Shown: positions 1-9,433, numbered from the stretch's first letter. The stretch is 21,162 bases of DNA from a bacterium (GCA_041497675.1 JBGQGY010000062.1:1-21162); one strand, 5' to 3'. Numbers and translations: made by a program. Notes: a model not told the origin generated them from the letters alone.

Positions 1-2
1 GA

Positions 3-1043
3 TCAGTGCGGGAACGGCCAGAGATCCAGGGAGCGCTTGAACTTCCGAAACAGCATCGCGAGACCGCCGGGCTCCCAGATCAAGAGCACGATCAGCAGCG
101 CGCCAAAGACGATCTCGCGCAACGGCGTCGCGGCTCTTGCGAGCGCCGGCACCATGTGCACAATAACTGGTGTGACAAATCGCAGCCCCTGATTCAATAG
201 GATCACCAGGGCCGCGCCCAGGTGCGGCCCCCAGATGCTCGACAGGCCCCCGAGCACGACCATCGCGATATAGTCGATCGAGAGGCCGATGTTGAAGTGC
301 TCGGCGCTGATGACCTTGTTATAGTGCGCAAACAGGCTGCCGGCGATGCCCGCATAGAACGCCCCCAGCGCGAATGCCAGCAGCTTGTAGTAGAGGAGGT
401 CGACCCCAAGCACCTGGGCCGCATAATCCCGGTCGCGTACCGTCATCAACGCCAGACCGATGCGGCCGCGCACGAGGTTTGCGGCGAAGATCCCGCTCAC
501 AAGCCAAATGGGCAGTAAGAGATAATAGAACTGCGTCTCCGTGCGGATCTGAAAGGCCCCGAGTTTGATGGCCGGCACCACGTTGCCGCCCATCCCGCCC
601 GCCGTGTGGATGATTACGTACTCGGTGATGAACTGAAACGCCATCGTGGCGATGGCGAGATACAGGCCCTTGATCCGCAGCGACGGCAGACCGACCACGG
701 CGCCCAACGCAAAGGCGATCATACCGGCGAGCGGCAGCGCCACGACAAAAGGCCAACCGAAGTGGCTCGTCACGTACCATGAAGCGTACGCACCGATCGC
801 CATGAAGGCGGCCTGCCCCAGAGAGATCTGGCCGGCGAACCCGGTGAGCAGCGACATGCCGACGGCACCAATGGCGAAGATCCCGATCGTGTTGAGGAAA
901 AAGAGATACCGGCCGAGGAGCGTTGGGGCGAGGATCAGCCCGACGAGCAACAGGATGAACCCCACCCGATAGAACCGCGTATCGAGCAGCGCCATGTCGG
1001 CGGCATAGGTGGTCTTGAAGTCGCCCGCCGGGCGGGTGCTCAT
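3..1043 (-). CDS. livM: Branched-chain amino acid-type ABC transporter permease (LivM-like)
   Basis: Highly hydrophobic 346 aa; motifs LLTGFAGQISLGQAAF, LRIKGLYLAIAT, MVVLGGLSSIWG and EPGGL typical of LivM/BPD_transp_2; directly follows a LivH-like gene. Confidence 0.9.
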   Translation of the reverse strand: MSTRPAGDFKTTYAADMALLDTRFYRVGFILLLVGLILAPTLLGRYLFFLNTIGIFAIGAVGMSLLTGFAGQISLGQAAFMAIGAYASWYVTSHFGWPFVVALPLAGMIAFALGAVVGLPSLRIKGLYLAIATMAFQFITEYVIIHTAGGMGGNVVPAIKLGAFQIRTETQFYYLLLPIWLVSGIFAANLVRGRIGLALMTVRDRDYAAQVLGVDLLYYKLLAFALGAFYAGIAGSLFAHYNKVISAEHFNIGLSIDYIAMVVLGGLSSIWGPHLGAALVILLNQGLRFVTPVIVHMVPALARAATPLREIVFGALLIVLLIWEPGGLAMLFRKFKRSLDLWPFPH

Positions 1044-1052
1044 GCCGTCGTC

Positions 1053-1973
1053 CTACAGCCGCTCGATGCGTTCCGTCCCAAACAGCCCGTAGGGTTTGAT
1101 CAGCAAAACCAGGAGGATGACGACGAAAGGCGTAATCTCCTTGAACCCCTGCAGGGAGACGCCAAAGAGCACCACGTGGGCATCGATGTACCCGCCGACC
1201 ACCGTCTCGAGGACGCCGATGATAAAACCACCCAGGATGGCGCCGGGGATGCTGTCGAGCCCGCCGAGGATCACCGCCGCCAGCGCCTTGAGTCCCACCT
1301 GCGCGAGCGCAAAGTTGACTCCCAGCCACAACCCAATGAGAATGCCGCCGACCGATGCGGCCATCGCCGCAAACGCCCACGCGTAGGCGAAGACGCGGGT
1401 GAGGCTGACGCCCAGCGTCGACGCCGTCAGTTGATCGTTCGCCGCGGCCCGCATCGCGATGCCCCACAGCGAGTAGCGGAAGAACAGCGAAAAAGCCGCG
1501 AGCAGAATCAGGGCGACCAATGCGCTCCAGATGCCCACCTCGGGGATGGTCAGATCGCCCAACCGCACGATGCCCGCGGGGACGACCGGTGGGAACTGGC
1601 GCGTGTCGCCGCCCCACAGACAGACCATCACCCCGCGCACGATGTAGCCGAACGCCAGCGTGACGATGATGACGGACAGCACCGACTGTCCAAGCAGCGG
1701 CCGCATGATGGCGCGCTCAACGACAAAACCCAGCGCCGCCGCGGCGGCCAGCGTGCCGACGATCGCCAGGACAAAGGCCATCGCCACCGGCAAATGCAGC
1801 GCCCGCGTGACCGCGATGGCCAGGTAACCGCCAAACAGCACCAGTTCGCCGTGCGCTAGGTTGAGGATCTTGGTGGACTTGTAGAGCAGGGCAAACCCGA
1901 GCGCGATGAGCGCATAGATCGATCCGACCGCGAGCCCAATCACAAGCCCTTCGATGGCGAACTGCACACTCAT
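1053..1973 (-). CDS. livH: Branched-chain amino acid-type ABC transporter permease (LivH-like)
   Basis: GLAVGSIYALIALGFALLY, LNLAHGE, GIAMRAAA, ILGGLDSIPGA and KPYGLFG motifs; start overlaps the stop of the upstream ligase (ATGA). Confidence 0.92.
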   Translation of the reverse strand: MSVQFAIEGLVIGLAVGSIYALIALGFALLYKSTKILNLAHGELVLFGGYLAIAVTRALHLPVAMAFVLAIVGTLAAAAALGFVVERAIMRPLLGQSVLSVIIVTLAFGYIVRGVMVCLWGGDTRQFPPVVPAGIVRLGDLTIPEVGIWSALVALILLAAFSLFFRYSLWGIAMRAAANDQLTASTLGVSLTRVFAYAWAFAAMAASVGGILIGLWLGVNFALAQVGLKALAAVILGGLDSIPGAILGGFIIGVLETVVGGYIDAHVVLFGVSLQGFKEITPFVVILLVLLIKPYGLFGTERIERL

Positions 1974-3925
1974 CCGGGCACGTCCAAAATGTGCATGACC
2001 GGGTGCATCTCCGCGGTGCGACCGTCCTCGTACCGGATCGTGACCGTCGCCTCGAAGTGATCGGCACCGTCGAAGATCGCCTCGATCAGGCCACGATAGC
2101 GCTCGTTGATGTGTCCCCGGCGCAGTTTGCGGGTGCGCGTGAGCTCGTCGTCATCAGGGTGGAATTCCTTGTAGAGTGAGACGAAGCGCTTGATCTTCCA
2201 TTCGGGTTTCAGCCGGCCGTTGGTTTCCAGAACAAGCGCGCGCAGCAGATCCAACACTTCAGGCTTTTGGGACAGGTGTGTGTACGAGGTATAGGAGATG
2301 CCCCGATCTTCGGCCCACTTCCCGACGGTCCGCAGGTCGATGTTCAGGATCGTGGCAAGAAACGGCCGGCCGTCGCCGATCACACACGCTTCCTGAATGT
2401 AGGGCGTGAACTTCAGCATGTCCTCGACGACGCGCGGCGCCACGCTGATCCCATCGGCCATCCGGATCATGTCCCCCACGCGGTCGAACAGGATGACGTC
2501 ACCGCTGGGGTCCAGCGTGCCATAGTCGCCGGAATAGAGCCAGCCGTCTCGCAGGCCTGTGGCCGTCGCGTCGGCGTTTCGATAGTAGCCGAGGAAGACC
2601 GACGGGCTGCGCTCGATGATCTCGCCGTCGCGCGAGATTTCGACCTCCGTACCGGCGATCGGCGCCCCCATGGTCCAGAAGCGCACCTGCCCGTCACGGT
2701 GGACGCACGAGATCCCCGCGATCTCGGTCTGACCGTAGATCTGTTTCAGGTTCAGCCCGATCGCCCGAAAGAACTTGTGGTAATCTGGGCCCAGCGACGC
2801 ACCGCCGTTCCACGCGACCCGCATCCGCACGAGCCCGATCTTGTCCAGGATCGGGCGGTACACGGTCCAGTAATAGATGAAACGCAAGAGACGCAGCCAC
2901 GCGGGGACCGGTTTGCCGTGGGCCTCGAGCTCGACGGCCTCCATGCCCACACGCATCGCCCGATCGTACAGCCGTCGGCGCAGTGGTCCGGCGTCGAGGA
3001 TACGCACGGTGACCGCGGAGTGCAGCCCTTCGTAAATGCGCGCGGGGGCAAAGGTGAAGTGCGGGCCGATCTCACGAAAGTCACGCTGCGCCGTCTCGGG
3101 CGCTTCGGGAAAGTTGACGGTAAACCCGATGGATTGGTGCAGGGTAAACGCAAACATCTGCTCGCCGATCCACGCAAAGGGCAGGTACGAGACAAAGTCA
3201 TCGCCCGGACCGATGTGGGGTTCCACGACGTGGAAGTTTTCGCCCTGGCTCAGCAGGTTGCGGTGCGACAGCATCGCGAGTTTCGGCATCGCGGTGGTCC
3301 CCGACGTCTGGCACAGGATGGCCACGTCGTCTGGGCGGCCCTCGGCCACCAGATCCGCAAAGAGCCGGGGCTCGCGGCCGTCGGTCTGGCGCCCCAGCGT
3401 CTCCAGGTCGGCAAACGAAATCAGCTTGGGGTGGCGGTACTGCCACATGCCCCGCCAGTCCTCGACGATAACCCGTTCCACCGTGGACAGCCGCTCTTCC
3501 ATGTCAAGGATCTTATCCGCTTGTTCTTGATCTTCGCAGAAGACGAACCGGGCACCGGCGAAGCTGATCAATTCGGCCAGTTGCTCGGCTAGGCTGTCCT
3601 GGTACATGCCGCATGAGATCGCGCCGACGGTCTGCGCGCCCATCGCGACGTAAAACTGCTCGGGACGGTTGTCGCCGATGATCATGATGACGTCGCCCCG
3701 GCCCAGACCAAGCGCGTGCAGCCCCAGAGCGGAGGCGCGGGCGTGCTCCAGATACTGCTTCCACGTGATCTGGCGCCAGATGCCGTACTCCTTTTCGCGA
3801 AAGGCGACACGGTCGCCAAACCGCTCGGCGTTCTGGATGAGCCGTTTGGGAAACGTGTCGGGCACATCCACCGCGGCCAGAGTCGCGATGATCCGCGGGC
3901 GGTCCAGGACGGCCTGCGCGGTCAC
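1970..3925 (-). CDS. Long-chain fatty acid--CoA ligase (AMP-binding, FadD/ACSL-like)
   Basis: P-loop QTSGTTAMPK, YGQTE, GWLYSGDYG and C-terminal ELTRTRKLRR; GTG start overlaps the stop of the livG-like gene. Confidence 0.9.
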   Translation of the reverse strand: MTAQAVLDRPRIIATLAAVDVPDTFPKRLIQNAERFGDRVAFREKEYGIWRQITWKQYLEHARASALGLHALGLGRGDVIMIIGDNRPEQFYVAMGAQTVGAISCGMYQDSLAEQLAELISFAGARFVFCEDQEQADKILDMEERLSTVERVIVEDWRGMWQYRHPKLISFADLETLGRQTDGREPRLFADLVAEGRPDDVAILCQTSGTTAMPKLAMLSHRNLLSQGENFHVVEPHIGPGDDFVSYLPFAWIGEQMFAFTLHQSIGFTVNFPEAPETAQRDFREIGPHFTFAPARIYEGLHSAVTVRILDAGPLRRRLYDRAMRVGMEAVELEAHGKPVPAWLRLLRFIYYWTVYRPILDKIGLVRMRVAWNGGASLGPDYHKFFRAIGLNLKQIYGQTEIAGISCVHRDGQVRFWTMGAPIAGTEVEISRDGEIIERSPSVFLGYYRNADATATGLRDGWLYSGDYGTLDPSGDVILFDRVGDMIRMADGISVAPRVVEDMLKFTPYIQEACVIGDGRPFLATILNIDLRTVGKWAEDRGISYTSYTHLSQKPEVLDLLRALVLETNGRLKPEWKIKRFVSLYKEFHPDDDELTRTRKLRRGHINERYRGLIEAIFDGADHFEATVTIRYEDGRTAEMHPVMHILDVPG

Positions 3926-4716
3926 GCGGTGTGCTCCTCGCCGAGGTACGCTTTGATCACACCGGCGTCACGCTGAATCTCACTGGGCGGCCCTTCGGCG
4001 ATTTTCTTCCCGTAGTCCATGGCCACCAGCCGGTCGCAGAGGTCCATCACGACGCTCATGTCGTGTTCAATCAGGATCATCGGCAGCCCGCGCACCTCGC
4101 GCAGTTCCAGGACGAAACGCGCCATATCCGTCTTCTCATCGGCGCTCATGCCGGCCATCGGCTCATCGAGCAGCAGAAGCCGTGGCTCCATGGCCAGAGC
4201 CCGCCCAAGCTCGACCTTTTTTTGGACTCCGTAGGGGAGTTCGGCCACGCGGTGGTTGCGGTACTCTTCCATTTCGAGGAAGTCGATGATCTCTTCCACG
4301 CGTGCCCTGTGGCTGAGGAGCTCGCGTTCAGCCGGACCCCAGTACACTCCGCCGGCCAGCAGGCCGCTGCGCATGTGGATGATACGGCCGGACATGATGT
4401 TGTTCAGTACGGTCATGCTAGGATACAGCGCGATGTTTTGGAACGCGCGCGCGATACCCAGCCTGGCCCGCGCGTGGGGCGGGAGCCGGGTGATGTCGCG
4501 ATTCCCAAAGAAGATTCGGCCTGCCTGAGGACGGTAGAAGCCGTTGATACAGTTCAAGACGCTGGTCTTGCCGGCCCCATTTGGTCCGATGATCCCAAGC
4601 AATTCCCCGGTGTGGAGGGCGCAGGACAGATCGTCGATCGCGGTGATGCCGGCAAACCGCAGGACGAGCCGCTCCACCGTGAGCACGGCGTCGACCAGAG
4701 GGAGGTTGCGCTGCAC
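3922..4716 (-). CDS. livG: ABC transporter ATP-binding protein (LivG-like)
   Basis: Only the C-terminal ~265 codons of ORF 3922..6279 are protein-like: Walker A GPNGAGKT, LPYGVQKKVELGRAL, LLLDEP, IEHDM, AYLG. Start placed at GTG 4716 (alternative GTG 4686). Confidence 0.88.
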   Translation of the reverse strand: MQRNLPLVDAVLTVERLVLRFAGITAIDDLSCALHTGELLGIIGPNGAGKTSVLNCINGFYRPQAGRIFFGNRDITRLPPHARARLGIARAFQNIALYPSMTVLNNIMSGRIIHMRSGLLAGGVYWGPAERELLSHRARVEEIIDFLEMEEYRNHRVAELPYGVQKKVELGRALAMEPRLLLLDEPMAGMSADEKTDMARFVLELREVRGLPMILIEHDMSVVMDLCDRLVAMDYGKKIAEGPPSEIQRDAGVIKAYLGEEHTA

Positions 4717-4723
4717 GCGGATG

Positions 4724-4729
4724 AAGATA
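4724..4729 (-). promoter_or_regulatory. Putative -10 element (TATCTT) of a leaderless livG-operon promoter
   Basis: TANNNT hexamer 7 nt upstream of GTG 4716 on the minus strand; no Shine-Dalgarno sequence before either candidate start. Confidence 0.4.
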
Positions 4730-4781
4730 CGGCCCGGGGTCGCGCGCTTCCTGCCCTGTCCCCGCCCGGCTGGAGGACCGC

Positions 4782-4808
4782 AACTCGGACTCCCCGAACT
4801 CGCACTCC
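4782..4808. repeat. 12-bp direct repeat AACTCGGACTCC / AACTCGCACTCC in the divergent intergenic region
   Basis: Copies at 4782-4793 and 4797-4808, one mismatch, 15-bp period, ending 1 nt before the ATG at 4810. Confidence 0.7.
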
Positions 4809-4809
4809 G

Positions 4810-6057
4810 ATGGACGAGGTCTGGGACCCATCCGAACGATGGTCTCACGAGAGACGCGCCGGGTGGCAAAACCAATGGCTGCGCGAGATCCTCACCGCGG
4901 CGGCCCGCGTCTCGCCGGTCGTTCGCGCGCATCTCGCGGCCGCCGGGGTCGAACCCGCCCGCGTGTCCATCGAGACCCTGGCTTCGCTCCCCGTGTTGCG
5001 GAAGGACTCGCTGCCGGGCCTGCAACATGACGCGCCCCCGTTTGCCGGGTGGCTTGGCGTGCCGGTGGGGCATCTCGCACGGGTGTTCCGCTCGCCGGGC
5101 CCCATCTTCGACCCCGAAGCTCGCCAAGAGGACTATTGGCACTTCGCGCCGGCGCTCTACGCCGCCGGCATCCGGCAGGGTGATCTCACACTTAATACGC
5201 TTTCGTACCATTTGACCCCGGCGGGACACATGATGGATGCGGCGCTGAGGGCGATGGGGTGCCCGGTGGTCCCCGCCGGTCCGGGCAACACCGAGACACA
5301 GGTGCGCGTGCTCGCCGAACTGCCCATCGCCGCGTACATCGGGACACCCAGTTTTCTCGTCACGCTGCTCGAAGCCGCAGCCCAGACCGGCTCGCCTCAC
5401 CATCTGCGGGTGGGATTTGTCATTGCCGAGATGCTGTCCGAATCGTTGCGGGGCCGGCTCGACACGGAGTTTGGGGTCCGGGTCAGCCAGGGGTACGGGA
5501 CGGCCGATCTGGGGTCGATCGGGTTCGAGTGCAGCACGAAGACCGGCATGCACGTCCAGAACGAAGTGATTGTGGAAGTGCTCGATCCGCAGACGGCCAC
5601 GCCGTGCGGTCCAGGCACCCCCGGGGAGGTCGTGGTCACCGCGCTCAACCCAACATACCCGCTGGTGCGCTTCGGCACGGGCGATCTCGCCGTGTGGGCC
5701 GAGGGGCCGTGCGGCTGCGGCCGGACGAGTCCGCGTCTGGCCCGCATCCTCGGCCGCATCGGCGATGCGGTCAAGGTGCGAGGGATGTTCCTGCATCCCG
5801 CCGAGGTCGACCTGGTCATCGCCCGCCACCCGGAGGTGGCGCGCTATCAGGTAGTCGTCACGCGCTCGGGGCACAACGATGCGATGGTCGTGCGCGCCGA
5901 ACTCCGTGCGGGGATCACGGCGCCCACGGACCTGGCCGACCGGATCGCGAACACGCTGGCTGAGATTGTGCGGCTGCGGGGAGAGGTCGAGGTGGTCCCG
6001 GCCGGTACGCTCGCCCCCGACGCGAAGAAGATCGTGGACGAGCGTACGTGGACCTGA
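4810..6057 (+). CDS. Phenylacetate--CoA ligase family protein (PaaK-like)
   Basis: From MDEVWDP within ORF 3931..6057: LPVLRKD, VVPAGPGNTE, YIGTPSFL, QGYGTADLG, PLVRFGTGD, CGCGRT, GRIGDAVKVRG and KIVDER match the PaaK family. Confidence 0.85.
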   Translation: MDEVWDPSERWSHERRAGWQNQWLREILTAAARVSPVVRAHLAAAGVEPARVSIETLASLPVLRKDSLPGLQHDAPPFAGWLGVPVGHLARVFRSPGPIFDPEARQEDYWHFAPALYAAGIRQGDLTLNTLSYHLTPAGHMMDAALRAMGCPVVPAGPGNTETQVRVLAELPIAAYIGTPSFLVTLLEAAAQTGSPHHLRVGFVIAEMLSESLRGRLDTEFGVRVSQGYGTADLGSIGFECSTKTGMHVQNEVIVEVLDPQTATPCGPGTPGEVVVTALNPTYPLVRFGTGDLAVWAEGPCGCGRTSPRLARILGRIGDAVKVRGMFLHPAEVDLVIARHPEVARYQVVVTRSGHNDAMVVRAELRAGITAPTDLADRIANTLAEIVRLRGEVEVVPAGTLAPDAKKIVDERTWT

Positions 6058-6082
6058 TCGGCGGGCACGATGTGGCTGCCGC

Positions 6083-6112
6083 TTGCGCCGACCGGAGGGC
6101 CCGTGGTAGAGT
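6083..6112 (+). promoter_or_regulatory. Putative sigma70-type promoter for the lysA operon
   Basis: TTGCGC (6083-6088), 18-nt spacer, extended -10 TGgTAGAGT (hexamer 6107-6112), about 40 nt upstream of the lysA ATG. Confidence 0.55.
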
Positions 6113-6151
6113 GGCGATGATTTTTGCGTTGTGCGCACACGCCGGTGTCTT

Positions 6152-7492
6152 ATGTTGATTCCCCAACAGCACGGATTCGATGTCGACAACCGCGGCCACC
6201 TGATCGTCGGCGGCATGGACACCGCCGATCTGGCCGCCCGCTTCGGCACGCCCCTGTATCTGATCGATGAAGGCCGCATGCGTGCGAACTGCCGGGCCTA
6301 CGTCGAGGCGATACGCGTCGCGTACCCGGGGCCGGGCCGTGTGGTGTTTGCCGGCAAAGCCCTCTGCACGATCGCCTCCTGTCAGGTGGCGTTCGAAGAG
6401 GGACTCGGGATCGACGTGGTCAGCGCCGGGGAGATCCTGACGGCGCTCCGCGCCGGTGTGCCGCCCGAGGCGCTGTACTTCCACGGCAGCAACAAGACTC
6501 CTGACGAGATCGCCTACGCGCTGGACGCCGGGGTCGGCCGGTTCATGGTGGACAACCAGCATGAACTGGCCACGCTCGACCGCATGGCGCGCGAACGGCG
6601 GACGAGAGCCGACGTCCTGCTGCGGCTGACGCCTGGCATCGAGCCGCACACGCACAAGGCCATCCAGACCGGCGGGGTCGACTCGAAGTTTGGTTTCGGC
6701 ATGCTCGGGCCCGCCGCCGAGGCGGCCGTTCAGGCGGCGCTCGCCGCGCCCGGCATCCGGCTGCGGGGTCTGCACTCGCACATCGGCTCGCAGATCTTCG
6801 ACCTCGATCCCTTCGTGTTGTCGGCCCGCGCGCTCATCTCATTTGCCGCCGAGATGCGCTCGGCCGGCTTCGTCCTGGAGGAACTCAACCTGGGCGGCGG
6901 GTTGGGGATCCGCTACCTTGCCGACCAGGATCCACCGGCCCGCGCGGACTATGTGAAGACTATCGGGGGCGCCGCGTCCGAACTGCTCAAAGGTCACAAT
7001 CTGCCGCTGCCCACATTGATGTTCGAACCCGGCCGCTCGATCGTCGGGGACGCCGGTATCACCCTGTACACCGCGGGCGCCATCAAAACGGTGCCAGGGG
7101 TCAGAACATTCGTCTCCGTCGACGGCGGCATGTACGAGAATCCCCGCCCGGCACTCTATCAGGCGCGCTACGAGACGGTCGTAGCGACCCGCGCGGCGGA
7201 ACGCCCGACCCAGCGCGTGGCGCTGGCCGGACGGTGCTGCGAATCGGGCGACGTGCTGATCTGGGATGCCGACGTGCCGGAGATCCGTGAAGGCGACCTG
7301 CTGGCGGTCTTCGCCACCGGAGCCTACACCTATTCCATGGCGAGCAACTACAATCGCTATGCACGCCCGGCCCTGGTGTTTGTCCGTGACGGCAGCGCGC
7401 AGGTGGCCGTGGAGCGTGAGACCCTGGACGATCTGGTCCGTCTTGACCGGCCGCTGCGGTCGCCGGTCACGCGGACCGGGGCGACGCGGTGA
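6152..7492 (+). CDS. lysA: Diaminopimelate decarboxylase
   Basis: FGTPLYLIDE, PLP-lysine FAGKA, FHGSNK, SKFG, HSHIGSQI, LGGGLG, EPGRSIV, CESGD, GAYTYSMASNYN; ATG 6152 chosen (GTG 6131 alternative). Confidence 0.96.
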   Translation: MLIPQQHGFDVDNRGHLIVGGMDTADLAARFGTPLYLIDEGRMRANCRAYVEAIRVAYPGPGRVVFAGKALCTIASCQVAFEEGLGIDVVSAGEILTALRAGVPPEALYFHGSNKTPDEIAYALDAGVGRFMVDNQHELATLDRMARERRTRADVLLRLTPGIEPHTHKAIQTGGVDSKFGFGMLGPAAEAAVQAALAAPGIRLRGLHSHIGSQIFDLDPFVLSARALISFAAEMRSAGFVLEELNLGGGLGIRYLADQDPPARADYVKTIGGAASELLKGHNLPLPTLMFEPGRSIVGDAGITLYTAGAIKTVPGVRTFVSVDGGMYENPRPALYQARYETVVATRAAERPTQRVALAGRCCESGDVLIWDADVPEIREGDLLAVFATGAYTYSMASNYNRYARPALVFVRDGSAQVAVERETLDDLVRLDRPLRSPVTRTGATR

Positions 7493-8103
7493 TCCGGTTC
7501 GGCGATCCCACCGGGCTCGTCTATCGTCTCATCGCCCTCCTGATCGCCGCGACCATCCACGAGTTCGCGCACGCGTGGATGGCCGATCGACTCGGTGACC
7601 CCACACCGCGGCACCAGGGACGGTTGTCGCTGAACCCCATCGTCCATCTGGATCTGGTGGGGTCGCTCCTCCTGCTGCTCTTTGGATTCGGATGGGCCAA
7701 ACCAGTCCAGGTGAACCCCCGAAACTTTGAGGACCCGCGCAAAGGGATGCTCCTCGTCGCCGCCGCCGGTCCCCTGGCCAACATCACGATGCTGTTTGTC
7801 ATCGGGCTGCTCCCGCAGTTCGGGGTGATCCCACTCTCCGGCGTGGCGGCGCGTCTGCTGCGAGAAGTCCTGCTTATCAACGCGGTCCTTGCGGTGTTCA
7901 ACCTCATTCCTGTTCCACCGCTGGACGGCTCCCGTATTCTCGCCGGTTTATTGCCTCCGGCTCAGGCCATCGCGTACGAACGGTTACAGCAGTTTGGTCC
8001 GGTGCTGCTGTTGCTGCTGATCATGGTGCCGGGGTTGCTCGGTGGCATCATCAACCCGGCGATCGTGTGGCTCATCACCTCGGCATTGGGAGGTGGGCCG
8101 TAG
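7489..8103 (+). CDS. Site-2 protease family (peptidase M50) membrane metalloprotease
   Basis: HEFAH zinc motif, GDPTP..GRLSLNPIVHLD, GWAKPV, AGPLAN, FNLIPVPPLDGSRIL. Confidence 0.93.
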   Translation: MIRFGDPTGLVYRLIALLIAATIHEFAHAWMADRLGDPTPRHQGRLSLNPIVHLDLVGSLLLLLFGFGWAKPVQVNPRNFEDPRKGMLLVAAAGPLANITMLFVIGLLPQFGVIPLSGVAARLLREVLLINAVLAVFNLIPVPPLDGSRILAGLLPPAQAIAYERLQQFGPVLLLLLIMVPGLLGGIINPAIVWLITSALGGGP

Positions 8104-8876
8104 TGGCCGAACCGACGCGCGTGCCGCCACCCGGTAGCGGCGACCAGGGGCCGTTCGTCCGCAGCGTTGGGTACAAGGTCAAGGTCGCGGGATTCGAGGG
8201 CCCGCTCGATCTCCTCGTCACGCTCGCGCACCAGGGAAAGATCGACCTGACGAGGATTGAATTGTCCGGTCTGACCGGCGAGTTTCTGGACCGCGTGAAG
8301 CAATCGCTCGATCTGAACGAGGCCACCGAGGCGCTGTGGATGCTGGCGGCGCTGGTCGAGATGAAGGCCAAGCTGCTGCTGCCGAAACCCCCGCCGCCCG
8401 ACGCGCCGCCGCCGATCGAAGACGCGAGCGATCTTCCAGAGAAGCTCGAGGAACGGCTGGCCGAGTACCGCGCCTTCAAAGAGGCCGCCGACGCCCTGCG
8501 GGCGCTGGAAGAGGTGCAGCAGAAGATCTTCACCAGGGCCCCGGAGGAGGCGCAGTCCGAGTTACTCCTCGAAGGCGTGACCGTAGACGATCTGTTTCGG
8601 GCATTTAAAGAAGTGTTGGAGCGCGCCCGCCGGCAGAAGGCGGCGGAGGTCGCCGAAGAACCGGTGCGCGTCGCCGATCGCATGCGCGCGATCCTCGAGG
8701 CGCTGGCACAGTCGCCCAGGGGCGTGGTGTTCGCGGACCTGTTTCGCGAGCGGTCATCGACGGTGTTCATCGTCGTCACATTCCTGGCGCTGCTCGAGCT
8801 GATCAAGGATCGCCGGGTGCGGGCGCACCAGGACACGGCGCTCGCGCCGATCCGTCTGATGGCGGCGACGACCTGA
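8103..8876 (+). CDS. scpA: Segregation and condensation protein A (kleisin)
   Basis: FEGPLDLL N-terminal motif, LVEMKAKLLLP, C-terminal IVVTFLALLEL; GTG start overlaps the upstream TAG; followed by scpB. Confidence 0.94.
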   Translation: MAEPTRVPPPGSGDQGPFVRSVGYKVKVAGFEGPLDLLVTLAHQGKIDLTRIELSGLTGEFLDRVKQSLDLNEATEALWMLAALVEMKAKLLLPKPPPPDAPPPIEDASDLPEKLEERLAEYRAFKEAADALRALEEVQQKIFTRAPEEAQSELLLEGVTVDDLFRAFKEVLERARRQKAAEVAEEPVRVADRMRAILEALAQSPRGVVFADLFRERSSTVFIVVTFLALLELIKDRRVRAHQDTALAPIRLMAATT

Positions 8877-9433
8877 TGGCGGAAGAGGCGCGCGATCAGG
8901 CTCCGGACGATCTCGCCGGCGCGGTCGAGAGCATCCTGTTCGTCGCCGGTGGGCCCGTGCGTCTGGAGTCCCTGGCGACGGTGACGGGCGCCGAGCCCGC
9001 CCGGATCCGCGACGCGATCGAAGTGCTCCGCGGCCGCACCACCGGCAGTGGGTTGTTGCTGCAGGCGGTGGCCGGCGGGTATCAACTGGCGACCCGCCCG
9101 CAGCACGCAGAGACGGTCAAACAGTTTCTGCAGACCGAGCACGCTGAGAAGTTGACGCGCGGCGCGCTGGAGACGATGGCTATCATCGCGTACCGCCAGC
9201 CGATCACGCGGGGGGAGATCGAGCACGTGCGTGGAGTCCGAAGCGACTGGCACATTGAACGGCTGCTCGAGCGGCAGTTGATCCGCGAGGTCGGGCGCCG
9301 TCAGACGTTGGGTCGCCCGATCGAGTTCGGGACGACCGAACTGTTCCTCCGGTACTTCGGCTTGGCCGAGCTGTCTGAACTCCCGGCCATGGGCGAGCGC
9401 GGCGTCCAGGCGCTGCTCGAGGCCGTCCGGTGA
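8876..9433 (+). CDS. scpB: Segregation and condensation protein B
   Basis: VESILFV, VAGGYQLATRP, ALETMAIIAYRQPITRGEIEHVRGV, GRPIEFGTTELFLRYFGL. Confidence 0.96.
   Translation: MAEEARDQAPDDLAGAVESILFVAGGPVRLESLATVTGAEPARIRDAIEVLRGRTTGSGLLLQAVAGGYQLATRPQHAETVKQFLQTEHAEKLTRGALETMAIIAYRQPITRGEIEHVRGVRSDWHIERLLERQLIREVGRRQTLGRPIEFGTTELFLRYFGLAELSELPAMGERGVQALLEAVR

Noticed and set aside
319..1617. 432-aa alternative-frame ORF over the permeases
   Set aside because: Arg/Gly-rich shadow ORF with no motifs, overlapping two well-supported genes
2267..3592. 441-aa plus-strand ORF
   Set aside because: Antisense shadow of the acyl-CoA ligase
6058..6151. Lysine riboswitch or T-box upstream of lysA
   Set aside because: The gap is only 94 nt and the predicted leader about 30 nt, too short for either
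3922..6279. Mutually overlapping long ORFs (785 aa minus, 708 aa plus) suggesting fusions or a bidirectional gene
   Set aside because: Each is a real gene (livG-like or PaaK-like) extended through the codon-aligned antisense frame of the other; stop-poor antisense frames are expected at high GC, and the extensions have no motifs
8103..9433. scpAB without an adjacent smc, as a possible Wadjet/Mks-type system
   Set aside because: scpAB unlinked from smc is the normal arrangement; the sequences are canonical ScpA/ScpB and no JetC/JetD-like gene is present
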